This document shows positions 40,830-52,539 of a stretch of DNA of 64,000 bases, piece after piece. Position 1 is the stretch's first letter. Each line of letters starts with the position of its first letter. The notes beneath the pieces are model-generated. The model was not told the DNA's origin. It saw only the letters and a list, made by a program, of their open reading frames with translations, and ran no database searches. The stretch lies in contig CM060731.1 in NCBI GenBank assembly GCA_030704615.1, positions 6,076,001 through 6,140,000 on the forward strand, given 5' to 3'. This DNA is from Takakia lepidozioides. Taxonomy: Eukaryota; Plantae; Bryophyta. The position numbers and the translations under genes were made by a program.

Positions 40830-43133
40830 CTTCTGCCAGTCACCGTCATGTGAGAAAAAGGATCGTCGAGTAGCAAGTAATAGCATGACTCAGATAAATG
40901 CTGGTAAAAAATCCCATGCAAGAGTTTCGACTTTATTGGACATCACATCTTGAAACTCAAATGGTGAAGATGTCCAAAGAGGAAACATATATGTCTGAAG
41001 AGGCCACTGTGGACAAAGATTTAAAGAGCTCACTTTCTCCATCTTTGCCAGAGCTGCTCTTACCCATCCTGCAACATCAGAGGAAAACATCAGAATTATA
41101 GAGCATTCGCACACTCGCCGCAATGACACCTGTTCCTCTTGACTAGTCTTCATCAGTAACGTCACCATCTAGGTAGCAGATACAACAACTAGACACAACA
41201 CAAGTATGTCCTATAGTATATGGTGCGCAGCATAACTTTATCATCTGTATGCACACTGGAGAACATTCAAATACTGCCACTTCAACTGTTTTGCCAGAAA
41301 CCAGTAGCTAGGCCATATTTCAAGGTGCATGTAATACTATGGAGGCTGAGCACAAGCCTTATGACACATCAGGACCTTTTCAACAGAACAAAAACTCAAG
41401 AAATGAAGGAGCAGGACATACTTAACACATTCCATAAAACATGGAAGCAGACAAGACAACTCAATCAGAATTTACAAGCTTCTCCATACCCTTCTGCAAA
41501 TTGTGGACAGTTTATTGGACCTTAATATGAATAATGGTTGCAGCTCATTGACCAAGCACCCATTGGTATGATAACAAATTGTTTAACATCTACCGGACAC
41601 AAATTTGCAAATTCATTATTGAGAGATTGAATTCTGACCAACTCACAGATCATCAAATCTTGTACAAAGATGTTATCAAGAAACAAGACATCTAGATTTC
41701 GAAATTTCTGGTTGCGGGCCTTGAGTTAGCTGGTAGAGGTATGGGCCTCAGGCACAAGTACCCAGAAAAGCTCCTAGCCCTAACCTTTATGAGACATGGG
41801 ACCATACAGCTATGTGATTGGACAGGAAACTCAACTATGCAACTGCCGGCCATCCGATGACAGAAGTTGTTGAGGGCAAAAAGAGCCCTACATGTATCAC
41901 AATAGCAGGAAGCTTCCTATAGTGGGCACTATGATCTGCAAAATTTGAAATATGGAATCATAAGTGGCCTGCGAACTGCAGAGAAACAGGGTACTATCAA
42001 ATCTCGAAGACAAGGAATGCAACACAGAGAAAAACGCAATCTCCCTTAACATGTGGCGGTCGAACCATACTTGTGTTGGCGAGGACGGGTTAACATGGTA
42101 GAATCTACAGCACTAGAAGAAGAAGAAGAAGAAGAAGAGCCAGGAAGGCGTGGCCGTAACAGGCAACACTAGCAAGAACTTCTGCCAAATCCCCGTGGCG
42201 CTCTCCTTCCCCCACACACCCCGCCCCCACAAAAAAGACAAGCATCTGCATACCTCTCCAAGTAAGTTTGTTCCATGCAAAACAGAAACGGATTGGCGGA
42301 CCAAGATAGAGTACCTATCTCCTCAGAAGAAGAGGTGTTGGGATGCTGGCCTGTTTCAAGGCGGGCCTTGATTCTTGAAAGAAACTCGGACATTCAGGGA
42401 GACTTCCTACCTACTGCCCCCTCTCCTCCATGTCTTGTTGCGTCCACAGGTGCACAGTGATACATGCAGAGAGGGTGGCAATAGGCTAGACTGAAAAAAA
42501 CTACAAGTTTGGCGCCCTTCGAAAACAGAGCACCACAGAGCACCAGTTCATACAGGAAATCACTCTATTCCTCAACTTGGCCGTCGCGAAGTCAGGCTCC
42601 CAGAAGAGACTCCCCATGCATTGCTCTTGAGCTGCGCTTCCAGAGGGGCACAGAGCCATGGTGTTTCAAATTTGAGACAAGTCCAATTGATCAGATGCCC
42701 CTCTAATAAGATCAGACTGCCCCTCGCTCCGCTGTCGCCACCTCCAACATGAGGAGAGAGTGAGCGAAACCCGAAATTCCCCCGCGAGCATTGACGACAA
42801 GTATGGGAGGCAGCGATGCGCGCACAGATGTAGAGCTCCACCACAATGCCCCAGCCCCGCAGCAGCTTGGTCACGCTGCAAAGCCCAGATCAAGACCTGC
42901 AAATGCGCAAGAATAAACGAGATAGAGGCAGGCAGAGAGATGCACGCTGTCCACCTGCACTCTTGCCCACCGCCTGCTCCGGTCTCCGAACTCGGTTCAA
43001 CGCCTTTATCAGTCCGAGGAGCACCATAACCGGACTCACTAACCAAGCACACTAACGGTCAAACTTACCTGTCCATATCTACTAATCCGTAATCCCCCGT
43101 TTTGTTGGCCAACTTTCTTGACCTGAAATGTAG

Positions 43134-43418
43134 CAGTGTTTTTTTTTTCTCTTTTCCAAAATCGCCATAAGGGCCACATGTAAGTTCGACCCAGCGCCCA
43201 TGTGGCGAGAATAACGAGGTGGCAGGGTTAGAAACCTGGCTATATAACAGGTGTCATATTTTAGTAGGTCCACGTAGGAAAAATTCTGGCTTCTGATATT
43301 TAACCAGTGGCACTTTCTGGCGAATTTTTTGATTTTTACTCCCATCCCTTTTGTAAAAGTAACTGACCCATTTTCCAGGTCGAAATCTGGCTATGTTTCG
43401 CCAGATTTAAAAACACTG
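43134..43418. mobile_element. Complete 285-bp hAT-type MITE with 8-bp target-site duplication
   Basis: TIRs are CAGTGTTTTT (43134-) and AAAAACACTG (-43418). AAATGTAG occurs on both sides (43126-43133 and 43419-43426). Confidence 0.9.
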
Positions 43419-43699
43419 AAATGTAGCCACCTATCCGACCCTATTATTACTACATATTACAAATACATATCCTATAACTTTCTTTTTCTTTTCTCTCCCA
43501 GAAGGGACTACGCCCATTAATTTTTTTATGAAAACAAGGAAAAAATAACCTTGTAAATAAGTGTCATGCAGTTGAACAAAGGGGACACCGCCCCGTGACC
43601 TTTCACTAAGAGCGAGAAAACAATGGGACAGAAAGAGGGGACAGTGTGTGAACAGAGGCAGAAAAGGAAGACTGAGTAAATTGAGCAAGAAAAAGAGGC

Positions 43700-44645
43700 A
43701 AATTAAAAGCTACCCTTTTTTTGCTTAGATGGTTTGGAAGATAGCTCGGCTTTGGATTTTACTACGCCTACGCCTCCAATTGATTTCAAGCTCATCCCCC
43801 TCAACCAGAGAACATCTAGCAATAAGTAAGCTCCTAGCTCTTTGGGAGGGAAGTTGATTCGCATTGTCTTGAGCAGATGCAGCCTTGTTTCCCCATGAAA
43901 TGTCAAAGGCAAGGAGTTGTTGTCACCTTTCTTGAGAACATCTGTGAATAGCTGCACATAATACAAGCCACGCATTCCTGGGTCAGCTACCCTAAACCGA
44001 ACCGCTTTTACATATGGCACAATTTTCCTAAATGTAAAAGAACACATAAATTCCTAGATGTTCCATAAACATGAGCACGAAGGGTGGCCCATACAAGGCA
44101 ATGGCTCCAGACAGATCCAAAATGAAGGTGAAGAAGGAGCACCAGGGGGTTAGCAGGTAAGTCAGTTATCCAATTAGAATAGAAAGCAATGGCGAAGTGC
44201 TAGATTTTGCTGGCAAAGGAGCAATGGACAAAGCAATGCTCAATAGAGAGAGATAATAAGAGAAGAAAAGAAGCACAAGAGAGTCGCATATAATCGTAAC
44301 CACTTATAGAGAGAATACTATTGATCAGCTTCCAAAGGAAGCTACAAATTTCGGAAGCCATGAGATCCTTCCAAATCTCCTTCCATGATGAGGGGAAGCT
44401 CCAGGTAGATGTCTCCATTTCTTGAACCACTTTGTATTCATAATAGAAGTAGGCTTAAGTAAGGAGTAACCAAACTTGACGGAGAAGGCGGAAAAATGGG
44501 TATGTTTTTTACTCATCCGGATCCATTCACCTGGGTCAAATTGAAGATGGTTAAGTGGAGCAAAGAGGACCATCTAAAGCTTCTGTTATAATGATGGATC
44601 TCAACCAGGTGGCCAAGATTAATCTCTCTTGAAAGAAGATAGAAA
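43700..44645 (-). mobile_element. Degenerate LINE (L1-like) ORF2 3' fragment
   Basis: Minus-strand pieces FSVKFGYSLL, WKEIWKDLMASEICSFLWKLIN and SIEHCFVHCSFASKI (zf-RVT-like). Confidence 0.7.
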
Positions 44646-45439
44646 ACTCTTATAACAAAGAGAATGTGCTCCTAGCCTGCACGAGGGCATAAAGAGAACC
44701 AACGGCGTGAGCGCGTGAGCGCGTGAGCGCACATTGGTGACGTGGCATGAGCGTACGCTCACGGCTGCAGAGGTGGCGTGAGCCCACAGTCCTGCTGATG
44801 TGACATGAGCCTGATGTCAGCAGGCTGACATGGAGTTGGGTGCTGAGGTGGCACCACGTCAGCATAAACATAAGGAGCCTATTCCCGAGGGTCCTATGAC
44901 CGTGGGATTAACTTGGGCAATCATTTGGTGAATGACATGAAGACTACCATGAAACACCCGAAACGGGAAATAAGCCCACAACTATGGCGTCCATTCCACA
45001 ATATTCTGCAATTAATACTGTAATTTTGACAATTACAATTACAAGGACGACAAACTAACCTCACAACTTCAGTGGCATACATAACAACATAGGAACACCC
45101 CGACCCTCCCCAAATAACATTGACACTTCGGATAACATTGGAAAGAAGCACATGTAGACATCCACAGGACCAATGATGCATGAGCTTTATAAAATTGCCA
45201 AAGAGAGCACATATATTATACAATTGGAAGCATAATGGAGGGAGAAGGCCTACCATATCATTCCACAACCTCACGGATGTTGCTATTGAATTGAAATGTT
45301 TTATAGTGACAATGTTCCAACTACACATTATACATCATGGTTGCACCCTTTACATACTCACAGTCCAAACCAACCTGAATTCATATTTCCGATACCGGAT
45401 TGCACATTCACCACATTCCAGAAACAGCAAGTCATCTAC

Positions 45440-46490
45440 CTATGTGCTTGTATCCCGTTGCAAGAGAGTATTGATCTCGTTGAAACTCATTGTCGCCTGG
45501 TGAATGAAGTTGTCACGTTTGGGATCACAAAACATCATCTTCACGAAGATGAAGTACAAATGTTTGCAGGGTACGAATTTACCTCTCTTGCCCAAACTGG
45601 TTGATAGCATCCCAACAAAATCAGGACAGATGCAATTGGGGAAATTGAAAACAGTGATGTCGTACGCCCTATCGTGAACAACAGATGTCGAGGTGATCAT
45701 TGCGTACACCCGACCATACCCAGGATCGGGCACTTCCATCATGCCGGAAACACGAGCTTGGAGCATTCTAACGGACTCCACCTTGCCGAAGTATTCTGCA
45801 GTTGGAGGGAAACGCCGAACAAGCTTTCCATTTCGTTTTGTTGGCCACAAATGAGCATCTAGCGGAGAGACCCTTGTACTCCCAGAACTGGAAGCAGATG
45901 CACGCACAGGGGGTTGTCTTGCAAGGAAAAACCTTGCCTCTTCCAGAATTGCAATCTCTTGATTTGTGAGATTTATTCCCAACTCCACGGGCCAAACGGC
46001 TGGTGGAGTTGGCTTCATCACCACGGAAGGTCGCACAGTTCTATGCACACATCTCCCACAATCGTTGGCACAGAACCAGAATTTGTGGTTCTTGGCTTAT
46101 GGCTGCCCATATGGGCGCATCGAACCAGTGAAAGTTGGAGCTGGAGTGCGGGCACCACCTCTGGATATGGAAGAAGTGCATCTCTCAGAAATTGGTTGCC
46201 CTGATCGCCGTACATTTGACACGAAACCCTGCAGTTGTGTGCTCTATGTGTCAAATGTGGTCGGGGCACATGGACTCCACAATATCAGGGAGCAAATTTG
46301 TCTCTTACACCATTGCAATGGGAGTGTGTTATATTGGAGTCTGTCGTCCTGTCGCAGGTTCCTCAAGAAGGGATGGTCCGGAGATATATCTCTCATGCAG
46401 AGGGACACGAGGCGTGGAGAAGTTATCACGGTCTGCCCTGTGCGAATCGAAATCCGAACCAGGTGGGGTGTTCAATGGAACGCCTCTTGT
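45440..46490 (-). pseudogene. SWIM zinc-finger protein, 5'-truncated and frameshifted (TE-associated, possibly the C-terminus of a Mutator-like protein)
   Basis: AYDITVFNFPNCICPDF...PCKHLYFIF fits SWIM CxCx(n)CxH. The upstream frame FWFCANDCGRCV continues to ~46490 with disruptions. Confidence 0.7.
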
Positions 46491-46540
46491 GTCTAGAGTT
46501 CCACATCTAGAAGGGGGGGAGAGATTCGGCTCCTACAAAA

Positions 46541-48024
46541 ACTGGCACAACGTAAATGCCGAGTTTGAAGCCTCTCTGAAGAATAATCCCACATTCGCAC
46601 ACATGGCAGGGAAGATGTTCTTCGTCTGGGACGGGAACCACAGGATGTTTGCCTGGACAAAGTACATTGCTGAAATGCATCCGCAAGATATCAATTGGCA
46701 TTACATGGTGGACTGCATTGTCGTGAAGGTGGACGTGAAGAACAGAGGACTGCTGAAGGGTGCCATGGCGGATATAAATCTGTAAGTATACTACTACATC
46801 CTTGTGTAGTGCCTATTGCGGCGCCGAAATAGGCAATGTTCTTGACTGTCATCCACTCTATGAACTGGAAATTGGATTGCTGTACCGAAATCTGGTTATT
46901 TTTTTATCATATTTTCTTTTTCTTTTTTTCTTTTCTTTTTTCCTCCATGGCAGGGTAACAGAGAGGGCCTTCGTGGAAACTCACCTGGCACATACGCTCT
47001 ACAGAGTGCAAGAAGTGGGCACAGCACTGCTGACGAACTTCCAAAAATCCCTCGATCCCGAGCTGTACATGAAGTCTCTTGCGAAAGCGGATCGCACTTG
47101 GTACCGACCAACATTGGACGTTTGGTTCATCTCAAATTTCCCGATTTAATGCTATTTGTTGCAGGGATCAGTGGCCTGACTGTATCCGCTGGGTATGGGA
47201 ATGCAGACGAACATCAGGGATGACTTGGCCTATGCCAAAAGACAGTTCTTTGAGAGTGATGCCCCCAACAAGGCGGACGCATCGATAGAGAGTCACATTG
47301 TGTAGGCAGGGAGGCAATCACGGACCAAGTACAGGTCCAAATTTGTGAAGCAAGTTGCAATCGCTGACCCTGGTCTTGGTGCCGAGTTCCTGGCAGAGAT
47401 AGGACTGCATTACTCCAGACCCATGAAACCGGAAATGTCCATGGAGAAACTTCATCACATCGTAGTATCATGTGTTGAGCCGGCGGAGAAGGTTAGCATG
47501 TGTTTATTCTTGTTTTGTGTCTTCTCGTGATTCTCATGATGAGGTTTTTTTGTCTGACCGATGTTAGGCCATGCAGACGAGATGGCTGCGAATCTGGAAC
47601 GGCCATACAAACACGAAGCTGCTGTACCACTTTCCCATCGAGCCAACTGACGACAAAATGAACGACTGGCTAAATGTGATGACTTGGTGGCATCAGGTAT
47701 AATGTCCTCCTCTTCTGTGTGTTGGACATCATCGCAATTTCAAATTCATGAATGTTTTGGAGACCTGCAATGCCACAGATACTGATCCACGCCCAGTAGC
47801 AATTGGATTGTAACACCACCATTTTCAAGTTACAGATCGACTGGACGAAACCGGAGACAATGGAGAACTACGTGCAGTCTTGGCGAGGACACTTCGCAAA
47901 CCTCTTTTTCAGAGAAATTGCAAAGGCAAGACGCAGCGTATACATCGAAGAGCAGGAGGGTGCCGACAAAGCGGCAATGTGGTAATCTGCTGCCAATGCA
48001 TCCCCCTATTGGCAGTTTTGAGAA
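46541..48024 (+). pseudogene. Spliced gene fragment with a ParB/sulfiredoxin-like DGNHR motif
   Basis: KMFFVWDGNHRMFAW..WHYMVDCIVV..AMADIN. GT-AG introns at ~46782-46953 and further downstream, with in-frame stops. It ends abruptly at the hAT TIR candidate at 48025. Confidence 0.55.
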
Positions 48025-48249
48025 CAGGGTTGCACACGTCAGTGACGTCACGTCACGTCGGACCTGACGCTGACGCGACCAACGTCACATCAGTTTTGCC
48101 GAAAAGTCAGTAAAACATGAGTTAGGTGAAAAATATGCCACGTAGGTGGACACGTTGTATTCCAAGCGACACCTTGGCAAGTGAATGAATTGTTTTATAA
48201 ATTACTTCATCCGCCAATAGTTGAGGTCATTTTTAAATCAATATTGTTA

Positions 48250-48970
48250 AATTGGTGCAACCTCCAAATGGTGGTGGTCGCAGAATTTATTTTATTTTTT
48301 AATAGTTGCGACCACCAGCAGAGGAGTTGTCGCAGCATTTTTTATTTTTTAAAAATAGATGCGACCACCAGCAGGGGTGGTCGCATTTTTTTCTTCTCTT
48401 AAACAGTTGCGACCACCGCTACTGGTGGTTGCACAATTTTTATTTTATTTATAATAGGTGCGACCACCATCAGGGGAGTGGTTGCAACATTTTTTTATTT
48501 CTTAATATCTGCGACCACCAGCATGGGGGTGGTCGCAGCATTTTTCTGTTTTTTTAATAGGTGCGACCACCAGCAGGGGGTGGTCGCAGAATTCTTTTAT
48601 TTATTTATTTATATAAAAATATTCTCTGTGACCACGAGCATGGGAGTGGTCGCATCATTTTATTTTATTTTTAATAGGTGCGACCACCAGCATGGGGGTG
48701 GTCGCAGAAATTTTCTATTTGTTTAATAGGTGCGACCACCAGCAGGGGGTGGTTGCAGAAATTTTCTGTTTTTTTAATAGGTGCGACCACCAGCAGGGTG
48801 GTGGTCGCAGCAATTTTTATTTTTTTATTTTTTTTAAATAATCTTTATGACCACGAGCATGAGGGTGGTCGCATCATTTTTTATTTTTTTTAATAGGTGC
48901 GACCACCAGCATGAGGATGGGCGCAGCAGTTTTTTTTTTTAAATATCATGCGACCTGGAGCGGTTGCAGC
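48250..48970 (+). repeat. Hairpin tandem array A: about 13-14 units of TGCGACCACC-AGCAGGG-GGTGGTCGCA separated by T-rich linkers (period ~50 bp)
   Basis: Directly visible. The 10-bp stem is a perfect inverted repeat in many units. Confidence 0.95.
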
Positions 48971-49319
48971 ATTGGATCTGATTCGTTGAGCGTGTGAGGC
49001 TTGGAGGCTGGACGGTATATAAGGTGGTCCCAATGCCCCTCACTTCTTTTGTGGAAAATACTTTTGTGGCGAGTGAATGTTCTCTATTCCTTGAGCAAGA
49101 GTGTAAGCCGGGTGCGGACCGTTTGCTGTTGTGGCTTCCACCAGAGCCACTGCAGCAAATTGTCGAAAAGCACAATACTACAAGGTGCATTGATCCACTT
49201 GGATTGATGTCGTAGTGTTAGGCCATCGCATTCTGTTCTAACTTTTATTGCTCTTGACAAATCTACCAAGTACACTAGTGTTCTTCGTTCAACCTTAAGT
49301 CTGTGGTTAGGGTTTTGGG

Positions 49320-52222
49320 TGTGAGGATGAGGGAGGAGTGGATCCTTTGGTTCACCATAGACCCGCACAAAAAGGACGGTGTTCAATGCAATCTTTGTGC
49401 ATTGAAGCTGACGGGTCGCAAAGATCGCATGTTATATCACCTCGGCTACAGAGATGGGAAGAATACAGGGTTAGTTTGTGCCCAAAAGCCTCCATGCGAG
49501 TGAAAGCTCACTTTGCCCAATGTGGAGGCAATATCTCACCGTCTCTTGATGTGGCCGCGGCTTCTGAGCCAAACACTCCAGGTTCGAATCAAACTGTCCC
49601 TCAGAGTTGTACCCAGGGGGATTGTTGCGAGGCGTCTGCTGTTCGTGGAGAAGCCGGTGGGTCAGGAGCAACACCCGATTATACGCCAGCACTTGTACGG
49701 ACCAGACCATTGAGGCAACAATCAATGCAAGAAGGCTTAAATTTGTCGCACAGGAGGACTCTGAATAAGAAGTGGGCCCAATTTTTCTACAAGGCCAATA
49801 TTCCGTTCAATGTCTCGAGGCTTCCTGCGTTTGTGGCTGCTGTCAAAGCCACGTCCGATTCCAAGTCCACATACACACCTCCGAGTTATCTCCGCACATG
49901 ATTGCTAGAAGAGGCTATGTCTGACCTCACCCAAAAGGTGAATGAAAAGACAAGTGATTCTCTCCGGAAATATGGAAGCATTATATGTGCGGACGGTTGA
50001 AGTTCTGTTACTAATCGACCACTGTTCAATGTCATGCTGGTCTGTCCTGCGGGGGAACAATTTTTGGGATCCGTTGACACAAGCGGGGAGAGAAAATATG
50101 CACGTTATCAAGCAGGGTTGTTGACGAGTTACATCGATAAAATTGTCCAAGTGTGCACGGACAATACATCTAACATGGTTAATATGGCCGATATTTTGAT
50201 GGTACGATATCCCCATCTATATTACCAAGGGTGTGCTGCTCATATCTTTGATTTCCTTTTGGAGGATTGGGGAAAAGAATCATGGATGAAACAACTAGTA
50301 AAAAGGGCAAAGTCGGTTGTGACGTTCATTCGTACACATCACATCCCTCTGGCATTGTTTAGAAAGCATGAACCCAAATACAGCCTTAGGAACCCGGGTG
50401 AAACCCGCTTTGCCACAAACTTTTTGATGGTGGATCGACTGGTGACTGTGAGGGCGGGTCTGGAGCAGGTGATCATTGACCCTCAATGGGATGCGTATGT
50501 GGGCACCTTACGCGACTCTCGTAAGTCCAAGTCTTTGAGCAAAAGTCGGAGGGTCCGCGCAATCATTCGCTCCGACGATTTCTGGGCAAAATGTGCAAAT
50601 TTTGTGTACATGGTGGAGCCGGTGTTGATTGTTTTGCGGGAGTTTGATGGAAAACAACCAATAATGGATAAAACATGGTTGATATTGGAAAATCTTGAGA
50701 AGCAAGTGCAATCCTTGAGGCGTCCTCCATTTTCTATGGACGATGATTTGGCGGCAAGGGCCGAAGATGCATTTTACGACCGCAAACGGATGGTTCGCAC
50801 GGATTTGCATTATGCGGGGGCCTTGCTGGACAATACGGATTTGAGAGACGATGTGGATGCCAAAGTCGGGCTTGTATGGGTCATCATGCAACTTGCACCC
50901 TTGAACATGGCAGAGCGAGCGTTGTCCGAGTACCAGTGCTTCTCGGATCGGCAGAATCCTTTCCATGACATGCCGGATCCAAAAGCAATGAACATATTGC
51001 CACATGAATGGTGGGATCGGATGACGACGACCGGCCATTGTCGTTTCATCTGGCCCGACGACGTCCGCATGTGAACCGTGCTCCCTCGACCCTCATTGGT
51101 CCATCTCATGCCCCTTCATCTCATGTCGGCCCCTCTGATGTACGTGCGAGTAGCCTTCCTCATACGAGACCTGCTCCCAGGCCACCACGAAATCCGGGAC
51201 AAACCCAGAAACGGAAGAGAATTGTCGCGGCCCTTTGCCTTGAGGGCAGGGGGTCGGGACACATGAGGGGTTGCCCCTGTGGTGGGGGCAGCGGCAGCGA
51301 TAGGTATGGGGGGCTGAGGCACCCTTGAGTACCCAAGGCACTCAGGGAAGCGGAGGCGCTCACTAGGTGGAGCCCCGCACACCGGGTTGCGGTGGGGGTG
51401 GCTCCACAAGGGGTGGTGGTAGCTTAGTGGGACTTAGTGGGGGTGGCATAGGACTCGCCATGGGGGCGGAGACCTCGTGGTGGGAGTCGTGGGGAGTCTT
51501 GGGACTCATCACGGTCCATAGGGGCCGTGGTGAGCGGGCCAAGACTCACCGCGACTCACCACCGGGAATCGAGGGTCTTCGTGGTGGTTCGCCATAAAAT
51601 GGCATGGCTGGTTGTGAAACCCCCGCGGACAGCTACAGAAGTATATATAGGGAGTAGTAACCCCGAGAACGGTGCAAGCCCGTTGGTGACCAAAAGCTAG
51701 TGAGTAAGCGAGCGAGCCGGAAAGCAACCAAAGAGTGGGGAGCTGTTCCGGACTGCCATCTACCAAAGGGAATTCTCCTAGTCCCAATTAGGTGGAGGGT
51801 TTTAGAGGGAAGCGAAAGGGGACCGTTATGTCCCGGTGAGCAGCCGAAGCTCCAAGTTGGCCCGGGCGGCCAGGTTGGGAGTCAGGCGCGCGCATCAAAG
51901 CGAGTAACTATGACTTGAAGGGGAGTTTACCGAAGTGGGGTGCGCGACAAGAATTGTGCAACCTTTTGTTGGTGACCGACCTGTGAACAGGCCTGATACC
52001 CTAGATGGTATTCATGATAGGAGTGCAAATCGACCAGAGAGACAACTGAACGTACTTCGAGGACGACTACAGGTCCAACGGCCAGTTGCCTCTGGAAACG
52101 AAAGAACAGATGAAGATCATGATTCTAGCACTGATCATGGGAACGGGGGTGAAGTGAGTGGGGACGAAGATTTTGTACTAGATGTGAGATCATACCATCG
52201 TCGTCGTGCCAGACGGAATTAG
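49320..52222 (+). pseudogene. hAT transposase pseudogene (BED finger plus DUF659 core), interrupted by a solo LTR
   Basis: VQCNLC..RMLYHL (BED), WAQFFYKANIPFNV, IICADG*SSVTNRPLFNVML, IVQVCTDNTSNM, GCAAHIFDFLLED, PGETRFATNFLM and HEWWD (cut at 51021). An acidic tail ORF at 51935-52222 may be its C-terminus. Confidence 0.88.
51022..51949 (-). mobile_element. Solo LTR (~930 bp)
   Basis: Abrupt GC-rich insertion in the transposase frame with TG...CA ends (minus strand TGTCGCGCACCCCACTT ... GGTCGTCGTCA) and an internal TATATATA at ~51642. The flanking 5-mers do not match. Confidence 0.65.
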
Positions 52223-52539
52223 ATACAGCTATAACTTCTGTGACCTGTCACATGATGTGTAGTATGTTTCCATGGATATCCATGTTTCAGTTTGGGTACA
52301 TGCATACGTGTACGGAAATAAAAATGGTGGAATATGTGTACCCAAGAAAGGGTTTGGTGGTGTGCGTGTGTTTGTGTTTCGTCATCACCTTTACATTGTT
52401 GATTTCCTATTATGGTTTCGAAAGCCACAAAGGCCAGGTGCAGCTCCCAACATTCATCTTCCCCTTCACAAATCCATGGGGAGTCGATACATGTGCTTTA
52501 CATCTGCCTCTCCAAACATACATACAGGTGCAAGAGGAC

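Noticed and set aside
41715-41800. Possible third tRNA/SINE-like fragment (AGTTAGCTGGTAGAGG)
   Set aside because: Only an A-box-like motif, with no B box or second copy in the window.
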